From Candidatus Fervidifonticultor tertius (GTDB taxonomy: Bacteria; Sysuimicrobiota; Sysuimicrobiia; Sysuimicrobiales; Humicultoraceae), in assembly GCA_031459235.1 (NCBI GenBank), contig JAVKIY010000001.1:56708-120707 (forward strand): 64,000 bases of DNA, in the 5' to 3' direction. Numbering within the stretch: position 1 is the stretch's first letter; every line of letters begins with the position of its first letter. The notes under the pieces are model-generated. The model saw nothing but the letters and a program-made list of their open reading frames with translations. It ran no database searches and was not told where the DNA came from. Position numbers and translations under genes: made by a program. Positions 19,985 to 29,681 of the stretch are shown here, in pieces.

Positions 19985-21712
19985 ATGGAATCGGCAGCAG
20001 GTCCTCCTGGCGCCCGCGCGGGCGCGCTGGCCGGCGCGCTGCTGGCCCTGGCGCTGCTGGGTGCATTCCACCTGGGGTGGATTCTCGCCGGCCTGCCGTT
20101 TGTCCCATTCGACACGTTCGACTGGCTAGTGCGCCGGCTGCCCGGTCCTGTGGTCACGTTCGCCATCGCGGCGATGGTGCGGATCATCGGCGCGCTCGAC
20201 CTCGGCGGCACCGCCGAGGTCGCCAAGACCGCGGAGCAGGGGATGGCGGTCACCAGCCTGTTGCTCGCGGGCGCGGCCGGCGGGGCGCTGTTGTTTGCGG
20301 TGCTGGCCGCGCGCCCGGAGGTGGCCGCGCGCCGCGCGGGGCTGGTGCTCGGCGCCGCGACCGGCGTGCCCGCCGCGCTGATCGGCTACAGCCTTACCGG
20401 CACCGCGACGGTCAGCCCGGCCCTCGCCTCAGTATGGACCCTCGCCGCCTTCCTCGGCTGGGGCGCGGCCTGCGGCTGGACCTTCGAGCGTCTGGCGAGG
20501 GCGGAGGGCCCACGCGCGCCGGCGGAGTCGGCCACGGCGGCGGGCGGTTCGGCGGCGGGGTCGCTGCCCGCGCAGTCCGCGCTGGCGGAGGTCGTGCCCG
20601 AAGGCCACGACCTCGCGGCCCCGGCGGCGACCGCGTCGGTGGAACGCCTCGACCGCCGGCGCTTCCTCATCCGGCTCGGCGGGGCCGCGGCGGCCATTTC
20701 GGTGTCCGGCACGGTCGTAGGCGCCCTGGTCGGCCGCGACCGGCGCGGCCCGGCCGTGGTGTCCGACGGCCGCTGGTCCGCGACCCACCCGCTGCCCAAC
20801 GCGGGCGCCGCGGTCCAGGCCGCGCCCGGCACGCGGCCCGAGCTCACCCCGCTGGAGCGGCACTACCGGATCGACATCAACCTGATCCCGCGCACACTCC
20901 AGGAGCAGGACTGGCGCCTGCAGGTGCGCGGGCTGGTGGAGACACCGCTCGATCTCACGCTCGACGAGTTGCGCGCGCAGCCGCCCCTGCACCAGTTCGT
21001 CACGCTGTCCTGCATCTCGAACGAGATCGGCGGCGACCTGATCGGCACGACGCGCTGGACCGGCCTGAGCCTGCGACGGCTCCTCCCCCGATTGCGGCTG
21101 CGCCCCGAGGCCACCCACCTGCGCGTGCGGGCGGCCGACGGTTTCTTCGAGATCGTGGCGCTCGACCTGATCCGCGACGACGAGCGGGTGATGCTGGCTT
21201 ATGCCTGGGACGGCGTGCCGCTGCTGCCGCAGCACGGCTTCCCGCTGCGCATCTACATCCCGGACCGGTACGGGATGAAGCAGCCGAAGTGGATCACGGC
21301 CATCGAGGCCATCGGCGCGTGGGAGCCGGGCTACTGGGTCGTGCGCGGTTGGGACCGCGAAGCGCGCATGCGGGCGACGTCGGTCATCGACACGGTGGCG
21401 GTCCACGCCGCGACGACCGACGGAAGCGGCCGGCGCCTCGTGCCGATCGGCGGCATCGCGCACGCCGGCGCGCGCGGGATCTCACGCGTCGAAGTCCAGG
21501 TGGACGGCGGCCCCTGGCAGCCGGCGCGGCTGCGCGACCCGCTCTCGGGCACGACGTGGGTGATCTGGCGCTACGACTGGCCGTTCACGCCGGGGACGCA
21601 CACCCTGGCGGTGCGGTGCACCGACGGCGAGGGCTTGGGGCAGATCGTGGAGCCGGCGCCCCCGCAGCCGTCGGGCGCGACGGGGGTGCACCGGCGGCGC
21701 GTGCGGCTCTAG
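19985..21712 (+). CDS. molybdopterin-dependent oxidoreductase (sulfite-oxidase fold) with N-terminal membrane domain and Tat motif
   Basis: 575 aa; N-terminal TM helices, RRRFLIRLGGAAAAIS, then Moco domain (HYRIDINLIPRT...TLSCISNEIGG...GFPLRIYIPDRYGMKQPKWI). Confidence 0.7.
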   Translation: MESAAGPPGARAGALAGALLALALLGAFHLGWILAGLPFVPFDTFDWLVRRLPGPVVTFAIAAMVRIIGALDLGGTAEVAKTAEQGMAVTSLLLAGAAGGALLFAVLAARPEVAARRAGLVLGAATGVPAALIGYSLTGTATVSPALASVWTLAAFLGWGAACGWTFERLARAEGPRAPAESATAAGGSAAGSLPAQSALAEVVPEGHDLAAPAATASVERLDRRRFLIRLGGAAAAISVSGTVVGALVGRDRRGPAVVSDGRWSATHPLPNAGAAVQAAPGTRPELTPLERHYRIDINLIPRTLQEQDWRLQVRGLVETPLDLTLDELRAQPPLHQFVTLSCISNEIGGDLIGTTRWTGLSLRRLLPRLRLRPEATHLRVRAADGFFEIVALDLIRDDERVMLAYAWDGVPLLPQHGFPLRIYIPDRYGMKQPKWITAIEAIGAWEPGYWVVRGWDREARMRATSVIDTVAVHAATTDGSGRRLVPIGGIAHAGARGISRVEVQVDGGPWQPARLRDPLSGTTWVIWRYDWPFTPGTHTLAVRCTDGEGLGQIVEPAPPQPSGATGVHRRRVRL

Positions 21713-21827
21713 TGTGTTTAGCCTCGTAGGAGCGTCGCTGCTCCCACTCTCGCTGACAGGCGGGGATTGCCTGTTCGCAGGTCGAGAGGGGGCGGCGCCG
21801 ACGCGTAATCGCAGCGAAATACCCTCG

Positions 21828-21857
21828 GTTGACAATCTTCTGATATACGTCTAACAT
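21828..21857 (+). promoter_or_regulatory. near-consensus sigma70 promoter (-35 TTGACA, 17 bp, -10 TAACAT) in a low-GC intergenic island
   Basis: Read directly; 35 nt upstream of the M20 peptidase start. Confidence 0.4.
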
Positions 21858-21893
21858 ATTACTGAATCGGCTCGGCAGTCTCCCCGGGGGTTC

Positions 21894-23213
21894 ATGCGCA
21901 CCGTGGCCACGAGCGCGTCCATGAACACTGAGGCCATAGATGACGCGATCAAGGCGTATCGCGACGCCTATGTGACGCGGCTCTCAAGTCTCGTCCAAGG
22001 AGCCGCAACCGGCGAGGACCACACCGTCCGCGCGATTGCCGAGAGTCTGGAGTCCCTGGGCTGCCAGGTCGAAGTTGTCGCCCACCGTGCGTCTGATCTG
22101 CCCGCCAGCGATGAGTTCGCTCACCCCGAGCTCGTCGACTCCTGCTTGCGCCAGTCCGTCATCGGCCAGCTACCCGGCCGCAGGGCCGGCCGCAGTCTGT
22201 TGCTCTTCTGCCACCATGACACCGAACCCATTGCCGGACTCGAGGCCTGGCGGCACCCACCGTTTGCGGCGGACGCGAGCGGCGGACGGATGGTTGGCTG
22301 GGGCATCGCCGACGATCTGGCGGGCGTGGGCGTCATGTTGTGTGCTCTCGATGCCGTGCGGCGAATTGGGGCGCCGATCGGCACCATTATCGCAGCAAGC
22401 ATCTCGAGCAAGCGGCATGCCTGCGGGATCGTCACGGTCCTGCGACGCGGATACACGGCGGACGGAGCACTCTATCTGCACCCGGCCGAGTCAGGCAACG
22501 GCCTCCGCGAGATCAAGGCGGTGACGCCAGGCCTGGCGCGCTTCCGTGTGACGCTTCATGGCTTTCCCGCCCCGACACAAGAACCCGAGCACACGCCAGT
22601 GCACCACGAGGCGGTGAACCCCGTGCTCGTGGCCGCCCGACTGGTAGGCGCGCTCACCGCGCTCGAAGAGCAACTGTCAGACGAGATGCGGCACCCGCTC
22701 ATCGAGGCACACGGCAGGTCGGTGAGCATCCACATCGGCCACATTGCCGCGGGAGAACCCGGCGCCGCGTCCCGCGTCCCGGACACCTGCGTGGTGATCG
22801 GGTCTGTCTCATTCCCACCGGGCATTCGGCCCACGACTATGATGACGCGTGTTGAGCAGGTCGTGACGGCCATCGCAGCGGCCGACCCGCGCCCAGGATC
22901 GCGGCCGCCTCGCGTCGAGTGGCTTCTCGCGACTCCTGGCGCGGAAATCTCGGCCGATCACCCGCTGTGCGCGACGGCCTCACGGGTCATCGAGCGGACG
23001 ACCGGGGTCGCGCCATCCATCAATCCCCTCCACCCAGCGAGCGACATCAGACATCCCATCCTGGCAGGCATTCCGTGCGTCGGCCTCGGGCCCAGGTGCG
23101 GGGACCTCGTGCAGGCTGGCGGGCACGACGAGTGGGTCGACGTGGAAGACTACCTCCAGGCCATCAACGCGACGGCTCATCTCATCGTGGATTGGTGCGG
23201 CGATGGAGTATAG
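21894..23213 (+). CDS. M20 family metallopeptidase (ArgE/DapE-like deacylase)
   Basis: 439 aa; HHDTEP metal-binding motif and GIADD/AG motifs typical of M20; start could be the second ATG at 21921. Confidence 0.75.
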   Translation: MRTVATSASMNTEAIDDAIKAYRDAYVTRLSSLVQGAATGEDHTVRAIAESLESLGCQVEVVAHRASDLPASDEFAHPELVDSCLRQSVIGQLPGRRAGRSLLLFCHHDTEPIAGLEAWRHPPFAADASGGRMVGWGIADDLAGVGVMLCALDAVRRIGAPIGTIIAASISSKRHACGIVTVLRRGYTADGALYLHPAESGNGLREIKAVTPGLARFRVTLHGFPAPTQEPEHTPVHHEAVNPVLVAARLVGALTALEEQLSDEMRHPLIEAHGRSVSIHIGHIAAGEPGAASRVPDTCVVIGSVSFPPGIRPTTMMTRVEQVVTAIAAADPRPGSRPPRVEWLLATPGAEISADHPLCATASRVIERTTGVAPSINPLHPASDIRHPILAGIPCVGLGPRCGDLVQAGGHDEWVDVEDYLQAINATAHLIVDWCGDGV

Positions 23214-24240
23214 ACCGCTGGGCAGCACGGGCGTCAAGGTCTCGGCCCTCTGTCTGGGCGGCGGCAACTACGGCGACATGACGGCTGAGGAGACGGCCTG
23301 GGACATCATGCGGGCGGCCATCGAGGCCGGGGTCAACCTCATCGATACCGCCGACAGCTACTGTGGCGGCGAAAGCGAGCGCATCATCGGGCGGTTTCTG
23401 AAAAGTACCGGCTTGCGGCACGAGGTGTTGGTTCTCAGCAAGGTCTTCTATCCGACCGGCGAGGGATTGAACGATCGCGGCCTGAGTCGCTATCACATCA
23501 TGCGCGCCTGCGAGGCGTCGCTGCGGCGACTGAACACGGACCACATCGACCTCTACCTGCTGCACCGCTCCGCGGAAGATGTGCCGATCGCAGAGACCCT
23601 GGAAGCCTTGAACGACCTGGTGCGTCAGGGCAAGGTCGGCTACATCGGTTGCTCGACCTACCCGGCCTGGCGGGTGATGGAAGCGCTGGCGATGAGCGAG
23701 CGCCGGGGGTTCTCGCGGTTCGTCGTGGAGTCGCCGCCGTACAACCTGCTCGACCGCCGGGCCGAGAACGAACTCATCCCGTTGTGCCACAAGTACGGGC
23801 TGGCGGTCATCCCCTGGTCACCGCTCGCCATGGGCATGCTGGCGGGACGCTACCCGGTCGATGCGTCGTTCCCCGAAGGCTCTCGCGCCGCGGCGAATCC
23901 ACAAGGGATCTATGCGCGCCGCGTCACCCGACGTGGCGCGCAGGTCGGCGCTCGCGTTGCCGAACTCGCGCGCGCACGCGGTCTGACCGCCGGGCAGCTC
24001 GCCCTGCTCTGGATCAAGGACCAGCCGGGTGTGACGTGTCCCATCGTCGGGCCGCGGACGCGCGCTCAGCTCGCCGAGATGCTCGCGGTCGTGGACCAGC
24101 GGGCCGACGACGACCTGCGGGCAGCGTTCGATGCGCTCGTCCCGCCCGGGATGGCGGTCGCGAACTTCCACAACACCAGCGGATGGATGAAAGCCGACGT
24201 CTTCGACGATGCGCCGGAAATGATGCGGACGCCACTGTAG
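23203..24240 (+). CDS. aldo/keto reductase
   Basis: 345 aa; MEYRPLGSTGVKVSALCLG, IDTADSY, HIDLYLLH are AKR hallmarks. Confidence 0.85.
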   Translation: MEYRPLGSTGVKVSALCLGGGNYGDMTAEETAWDIMRAAIEAGVNLIDTADSYCGGESERIIGRFLKSTGLRHEVLVLSKVFYPTGEGLNDRGLSRYHIMRACEASLRRLNTDHIDLYLLHRSAEDVPIAETLEALNDLVRQGKVGYIGCSTYPAWRVMEALAMSERRGFSRFVVESPPYNLLDRRAENELIPLCHKYGLAVIPWSPLAMGMLAGRYPVDASFPEGSRAAANPQGIYARRVTRRGAQVGARVAELARARGLTAGQLALLWIKDQPGVTCPIVGPRTRAQLAEMLAVVDQRADDDLRAAFDALVPPGMAVANFHNTSGWMKADVFDDAPEMMRTPL

Positions 24241-24252
24241 GGGGTGATATAG

Positions 24253-25122
24253 ATGAGAGGACGGACCGTCGTGGTGCTCATGATCGCAACCGCGGTGCTC
24301 GCGCTGATGATGGGAAGCCCCGGCAGCCCGAGTCGAGCGGCGCCCGCGGCCGTGTACCCGACCTCCCCGGTGATCGGCTCACCACCGCTGATCTCGGCCG
24401 GCAAACTCATGGCCGCCACGAACGCGACGATTCCACCGTATCAGTTCGTGGACTCCTCCGGCAAGCTGCAGGGAATGCGGATCGAACTGGGCGAGGAGCT
24501 CGCCAAACGCCTGGGGCTCAAGATGGAGTGGTTCAACGTCGGGTTCGAAACCCACATCCCAGGCCTACAGAGCAGCCGTTGGGACGTTAGTATCACGGGC
24601 ATGTTCTACACGCCTGAGCGAGCTCGTATTCTGTACATGATTCCCTACGAGTTGCAGGCGATCAGCATCTCGGTCGCGCGCGGCAACCCATTGCGCATTG
24701 CGTCCACTCGGGACCTGGCTGGTCGCCGGGTCGCCGTGGAGATCGGCGGATACGAGTTCCGCCAGATCACGCGCATCAACGAGGAGCAGGTCGCCGCAGG
24801 GCTGCGGCCGATGGAGATTCGCACGTTCAGCACGTTCGCCGACGCCTACCAGGCGCTGCGCGCGGGCCAAGTGGACGCCGTGGTCAGTGTGGACGTCACG
24901 GCCAAGTTCTACCAGGATCGGGGCGAGTTCGACCGCGCCGTCTCTGGACTCGCCGGCTCGCCGGCCACGCTCGCGTTCCGGTCGAAGGACGTCGCCTTCG
25001 CGGTGCTCCGCGTTCTCAACCAGATGCGGCGGGACGGCTTTTATGACAGGCTGTTCGACAAGTACGGCGTGGCGAAGATGAGTCCCGGGCAGCTCCTCGA
25101 GCTCCGCGGACCCGACCTCTAG
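24253..25122 (+). CDS. amino acid ABC transporter substrate-binding protein (family 3)
   Basis: 289 aa with signal peptide; polar amino acid SBP architecture. Confidence 0.75.
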   Translation: MRGRTVVVLMIATAVLALMMGSPGSPSRAAPAAVYPTSPVIGSPPLISAGKLMAATNATIPPYQFVDSSGKLQGMRIELGEELAKRLGLKMEWFNVGFETHIPGLQSSRWDVSITGMFYTPERARILYMIPYELQAISISVARGNPLRIASTRDLAGRRVAVEIGGYEFRQITRINEEQVAAGLRPMEIRTFSTFADAYQALRAGQVDAVVSVDVTAKFYQDRGEFDRAVSGLAGSPATLAFRSKDVAFAVLRVLNQMRRDGFYDRLFDKYGVAKMSPGQLLELRGPDL

Positions 25123-25157
25123 CCAAAGGCCCGCAAAGGCCCGCGGAGACCCGACTA

Positions 25158-25934
25158 ATGCCGGGTTGGGATTGGGGCGCCTTCCAACGCTATCTCTTCA
25201 ACCGGTTTCTCCTGGAGGGCGTCTGGACCACCGTGTGGCTGTCGGTGGTCGTCATGGCGCTGGGCCTGCTGATCGGCCTGCTGGCGGCGCTCATGAATCT
25301 ATCCCGGCATCCGGTCCTGCGGACGGCAGCGCGATTCTACTTGTGGCTAATCCGGGGCACGCCGCTGCTGATCCAGCTCATCATCATCTACACCGGCCTG
25401 CCCCAGATCGGCATCCGCTTCAATGTGGTCCAGTCCGCGCTCATCGGCATGACGCTCAACGAGGGCGCCTACCTGTCGGAAATCATCAGAGCAGGCATTC
25501 TGTCCGTGCCTCGGGGCCAGTACGACGCGGCGCGCGCCCTCGGGATGACGTACCCGGTACTGATGCGGGTGGTCGTGATGCCACAGGCGGCTCGGGTCAT
25601 CATTCCGCCGCTCGGCAACAACTTCAATGGATTGCTGAAGACAACGTCGCTCGTCTCGGTCATCTCCATGGAGGAGTTGCTTCGTCGGAGCCAAATGCTC
25701 ATCCAGCTCGAGTTCCGTGTGCTGGAGATCTTCCTGGTGGCCGCCCTGTACTACCTGACCTTGACCACCCTGTGGGGAGTCGCGCAGCGCCGGCTCGAAG
25801 CGCACTTCGGCCGATCGGTCGCGGCGGCGCCCGAGGGCCTCGAGCCGAGACGCGCGCTGACGGCGGAGGGAGAACCGGTACGCGCGGGCGGCGCCCCTGC
25901 GGACCGAAGCCTGCTGGAGCAGGACCTCCGATAG
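25158..25934 (+). CDS. amino acid ABC transporter permease (HisM/GlnP family)
   Basis: 258 aa; EGAYLSEIIRAGILSVPRGQYDAARALGM permease signature. Confidence 0.8.
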   Translation: MPGWDWGAFQRYLFNRFLLEGVWTTVWLSVVVMALGLLIGLLAALMNLSRHPVLRTAARFYLWLIRGTPLLIQLIIIYTGLPQIGIRFNVVQSALIGMTLNEGAYLSEIIRAGILSVPRGQYDAARALGMTYPVLMRVVVMPQAARVIIPPLGNNFNGLLKTTSLVSVISMEELLRRSQMLIQLEFRVLEIFLVAALYYLTLTTLWGVAQRRLEAHFGRSVAAAPEGLEPRRALTAEGEPVRAGGAPADRSLLEQDLR

Positions 25935-25942
25935 GGAGACCG

Positions 25943-26728
25943 ATGACACACGACCCTGCGCACATTCAGCCCATTGTGGAGCTGGTCGATGTGCACAAGT
26001 ACTTCGGCGCGCACCATGTGCTGCGCGGGATCGATCTCCGCGTGCATCAGGGCGAGGTCGTCGTCATCGTCGGGCCGAGCGGGTCGGGCAAGAGCACGAT
26101 GCTTCGCTGCATCAACCATCTGGAAAGGATTCAACGCGGCCGGATCCTGGTCGCCGGGCGCCCGGTCGGGTATCGGGAATCGGGAGGACATCTGGTCGAA
26201 CTGAGCGACGCCGACGTAGCCAGACATCGCCGTGACGTCGGCATGGTGTTCCAGCAGTTCAACCTGTTCCCACACATGACCGCGCTAGACAACATCGCCG
26301 CTGGCCCGATCCACGTCCTGCGCCTCCCGCCGACCGACGCGCGCGCGCAGGCCGTCCAGTTGCTCGAACTGGTCGGCCTGCCGGAGAAGGCCGCGGCGTA
26401 TCCCGCCCAGCTCTCGGGCGGCCAGCAACAGCGTGTTGCCATCGCGCGCGCGCTGGCGATGAACCCGAAAGTCATGCTCTTCGACGAGCCGACCTCGGCC
26501 CTCGATCCGGAGATGATCACCGAGGTCCTGGATGTGATGCTAGCGCTCTCGAGGCAGGGCAGCACGATGCTGGTGGTCACACACGAGATGGGCTTCGCGC
26601 GCGCCGCGGCTAACCGCATTGTGTTCATGGATCAGGGGCGCCTGGTGGAAGAAGCGCCACCAGAACGGTTCTTCACGGATCCGCAAAACGAGCGGACCCG
26701 CCTGTTCTTGAGCAAAATCCTGCATTGA
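25943..26728 (+). CDS. amino acid ABC transporter ATP-binding protein (GlnQ-like)
   Basis: 261 aa; GPSGSGKST, LSGGQQQRVAIARALA, LFDEPTSALD, VTHEM. Confidence 0.9.
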   Translation: MTHDPAHIQPIVELVDVHKYFGAHHVLRGIDLRVHQGEVVVIVGPSGSGKSTMLRCINHLERIQRGRILVAGRPVGYRESGGHLVELSDADVARHRRDVGMVFQQFNLFPHMTALDNIAAGPIHVLRLPPTDARAQAVQLLELVGLPEKAAAYPAQLSGGQQQRVAIARALAMNPKVMLFDEPTSALDPEMITEVLDVMLALSRQGSTMLVVTHEMGFARAAANRIVFMDQGRLVEEAPPERFFTDPQNERTRLFLSKILH

Positions 26729-26731
26729 GCG

Positions 26732-27649
26732 GTGAGTGAGGGGCACGTGCAGACGGTCCGCGGTCCGGTGGCGCCGGAGGCGCTCGGCCCCACGCTCATG
26801 CACGAGCACGTGCTGTGCGACTTCTACCGGGTCACGGGACATCTGGACCAGATCCTCAACGACGAAGGCCTAGCGGCGGAAGAACTGCTAGCCTACCGAC
26901 GCGCCGGAGGTGCAGCACTGGTCGAGGTCACGACCCGTGACCTCGGCAGTAACCCCGCGGGACTGCGCCGGGTCTCGGAGCAGACCGGGCTGCACATCGT
27001 CGCGGCCACCGGCTGGTACCGGCAGCCGTACTACCCTCCGGAGATCGACCGCACGCCAGTGAATCGACTGGCAGACCTCATGGTCAAGGACCTAACAGAG
27101 GGCATTGGCGAAAGCGGAGTGCGCGCGGGGATCATCGGCGAGATCGGCGCGCACCTCGACTACCTGACGGCCCAGGAAGAGCGCGTGCTGCGGGCCGCGG
27201 CCCGCGCGCAGCGCGCCACCGGCGCGCCGCTGACGACGCACGCCTCGATGTATCCAGTAGGGCTGGCGCAGCTCGAGGTGCTCCGGGAGGAGAACGTGGA
27301 TCTTGCGCGCGTGATCGTCGGGCACTGCGACACGTATCTCGACCCGGCGTACCATCGGGCCGTGTTGCGCACCGGCGCGTACGTGCAGTTCGATACCATA
27401 GGCCGCCGGCACATGAATCCAGACGGGCGCCGGGCCGACGCGCTGGTCGCGCTTGTCCGTGACGGCTGGCAACGACAGTTGCTGCTATCCAGCGACCGGT
27501 GCTATCGGTCCGACCTGCACGCGTTCGGCGGTGCCGGCTACGACGTCGTGATCACGGAGTTCCGAGCACTGGTCCGGGACCGCGGCATGGCCGACGATGC
27601 GTGGGAAGCGATGCTGGTCGACAATCCGAGGCGAATCCTCGCATGGTGA
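26732..27649 (+). CDS. phosphotriesterase family protein (PTE/Php-like binuclear metal hydrolase)
   Basis: 305 aa; GPTLMHEHV N-terminal His-x-His, ATGWYRQ, later TTHAS and VIVGHCD metal ligands. Confidence 0.75.
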   Translation: MSEGHVQTVRGPVAPEALGPTLMHEHVLCDFYRVTGHLDQILNDEGLAAEELLAYRRAGGAALVEVTTRDLGSNPAGLRRVSEQTGLHIVAATGWYRQPYYPPEIDRTPVNRLADLMVKDLTEGIGESGVRAGIIGEIGAHLDYLTAQEERVLRAAARAQRATGAPLTTHASMYPVGLAQLEVLREENVDLARVIVGHCDTYLDPAYHRAVLRTGAYVQFDTIGRRHMNPDGRRADALVALVRDGWQRQLLLSSDRCYRSDLHAFGGAGYDVVITEFRALVRDRGMADDAWEAMLVDNPRRILAW

Positions 27650-28326
27650 AACCGCCAAGCGGCATCGTGCTCAAGACAAGACCACGGCGCCCGGCGCGGA
27701 CGCGGCGCCTGTTTAGCGACGAGGCCTACGAGCGGCTGAAGGAGATGATCATCACCGCAGAGCTTCCCCCCGGGACGCTCTTGACTGAGGTCGACCTCGC
27801 CGAGCGGCTCGGACTGGGCCGCATGCCGGTCCGGGAAGCCCTCCAACGCTTGGCACAGGAGGATCTCGTCAACATCGTGCCGCGCAAGGGGTCGTTCGTC
27901 TCACCCATTCGGGTGGAAGACCTCCAGAAGATCTTCGAGCTGCGCCTGTCGGTGGAAGGCCTCTCGGCCCGCTTGGCCGCCGAGCGCATCCGCGAGGACG
28001 AACTGCGATCCCTGGAAGCCCTCATCGAGAAAGCCGGCGATGTCGATGAAGGCTCGCGGCGACACGTGCACATCGACCGGACCTTCCACCTCACGATCGC
28101 CGCGGCCGCGCGCAACGAGTACTTGGCGAGAGTCGTGGAACGGACCCTCAACCTGGCGCTGCGTCTGCTCTACCTGTCGGGGAGCCGGATGTCCAAGGTC
28201 GCCGAGATTGCCCATGAGTATCGCGCCGTACTGGATGCCCTCAAGCGTGGCGACGGCGAGGCCGCGTCCGCGGCAATGCAGGCGCACATCGAAGAGTTTC
28301 GCAAGAAGGTCCGGACCGCGATCTGA
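27643..28326 (+). CDS. GntR family transcriptional regulator (FadR/FCD type)
   Basis: 227 aa; LTEVDLAERLGLGRMPVREALQRLAQEDLV HTH plus FCD domain; overlaps PTE stop. Confidence 0.8.
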   Translation: MVKPPSGIVLKTRPRRPARTRRLFSDEAYERLKEMIITAELPPGTLLTEVDLAERLGLGRMPVREALQRLAQEDLVNIVPRKGSFVSPIRVEDLQKIFELRLSVEGLSARLAAERIREDELRSLEALIEKAGDVDEGSRRHVHIDRTFHLTIAAAARNEYLARVVERTLNLALRLLYLSGSRMSKVAEIAHEYRAVLDALKRGDGEAASAAMQAHIEEFRKKVRTAI

Positions 28327-28345
28327 AGCTGAGAGGAGCGCACCC

Positions 28346-28822
28346 GTGTCGGTGATCAGGATCGAGTTCGAAAGAGGCGGAACGTTCCACGCTCGCCTGC
28401 TGGAGGATGCAGCGCCGAAGACTTGCCGCCGTATCAAAGCCCGCCTCCCCTTTGCCTATCGCTTTCATCACAGCATCGTGTCGGGGCAGGCGTTGGTGAC
28501 ACTGCCGCCCGACCTCACCGTGCCGCGGGAGAACCAACGCGTTGCTGGAATCCCGCCGGGCACGTTGTCGTTCCTGGTGCGGGATGAACCCGTACTCGTG
28601 CCCGACGAGATCTATATCGCCTACGGCATCTTCATCTCGCGCGGTCTCACGGTGGACACGAAGCAGCCGGTCAACGTCTTCGCGCAAATCGACACCGATC
28701 TCGAAGACCTGAAGGTAGTGGGGAACCGCGTACTCATGCAGGGTGCCGAGACGGTCCGGTTCAGTCTAGCAGGCCCGATGAAACATGTGCGCCGGCCAGG
28801 CAGTCGCGCCAGGAACTCGTAG
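28346..28822 (+). CDS. DUF3830-like (cyclophilin-like fold) protein
   Basis: 158 aa from GTG with GAGAGGAG RBS; IRIEFERGGTFHARLLEDAAPKTC N-terminus recalled as DUF3830. Confidence 0.45.
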   Translation: MSVIRIEFERGGTFHARLLEDAAPKTCRRIKARLPFAYRFHHSIVSGQALVTLPPDLTVPRENQRVAGIPPGTLSFLVRDEPVLVPDEIYIAYGIFISRGLTVDTKQPVNVFAQIDTDLEDLKVVGNRVLMQGAETVRFSLAGPMKHVRRPGSRARNS

Positions 28823-28857
28823 GACATGCTCGGCATACCCTGCGACAGGCACACGGC

Positions 28858-29661
28858 TCAGACCCGCGCATAGGAGCCTGGAAGGTCCCGCCCACCTGTC
28901 CCTCGCACCAGCTCCCGCATCAGCCCGATCAGCATCTCCGTCAGGCGCCCGTACGTCTCGCGGCCCTCCGCGGCCGTCGCGTCGGCGGGGCGGCCGTTGT
29001 AGGCCTCGCGCAGTCCCATCGCCTTGAAGTCCTTGAGCCCGCGCCCGATGACCTCGGCGAGGTTGACCGGCACGTAGGGGAGGGCGCGCATGACCGCGAG
29101 GTCGACCAGGTCCGGACGATCCGCCAGGACCAGCGACGTCTCGTACTGGCCGGCGTGGCACTCGGCCCGCTGGAACTCCTCGGTGAGCGCCGCCGCCCGC
29201 TCGCGACGGGTCAGGTCGAGGAAGCCGACGGTGACCCCGGTCTCCGCCTGAATGGCATCCAGGCTCCGGTGGATCGTGCGGACGTGCTCCGGCTCGAAGT
29301 GATTGTTCACGATCATGATCGCGCGCAGGCCCTGCCGGATGAGCGAGCCGCAGATCTCCACGAGCAGCGCGCGCAGCGTGCCCTCCGAGATGTGGATCGT
29401 GCCCGGGAACGCGCTGGCGTAGGTCGTCACGCCGTAGCCGAGCGGCGGGAGCATCAGCGCCCCCATCTCCGGGTCATCGCGCAGCCGCTCGATCACCCGA
29501 CGGCACAGCCCGAGCGAGATCAGCAGGTCGGTGGACAGCGGCGCGTGCGGCCCATGGGGTTCGACCGTGCCCAGCGGCAGCAGCAGGACGGTCGGCCGTT
29601 CGGCCCGGCGCATGGCGTCGACTTGTGCCCACGACAGGCTCGCGAACTCCATGGGCCGCAT
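28858..29661 (-). CDS. creatininase family protein (creatinine amidohydrolase fold)
   Basis: About 268 aa from internal ATG; LLPLGTVEPHGPHAPLSTD and NNHFEP motifs. Confidence 0.7.
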   Translation of the reverse strand: MRPMEFASLSWAQVDAMRRAERPTVLLLPLGTVEPHGPHAPLSTDLLISLGLCRRVIERLRDDPEMGALMLPPLGYGVTTYASAFPGTIHISEGTLRALLVEICGSLIRQGLRAIMIVNNHFEPEHVRTIHRSLDAIQAETGVTVGFLDLTRRERAAALTEEFQRAECHAGQYETSLVLADRPDLVDLAVMRALPYVPVNLAEVIGRGLKDFKAMGLREAYNGRPADATAAEGRETYGRLTEMLIGLMRELVRGTGGRDLPGSYARV

Positions 29662-29681
29662 GGCTGCCCTCAGGTCCGCCC

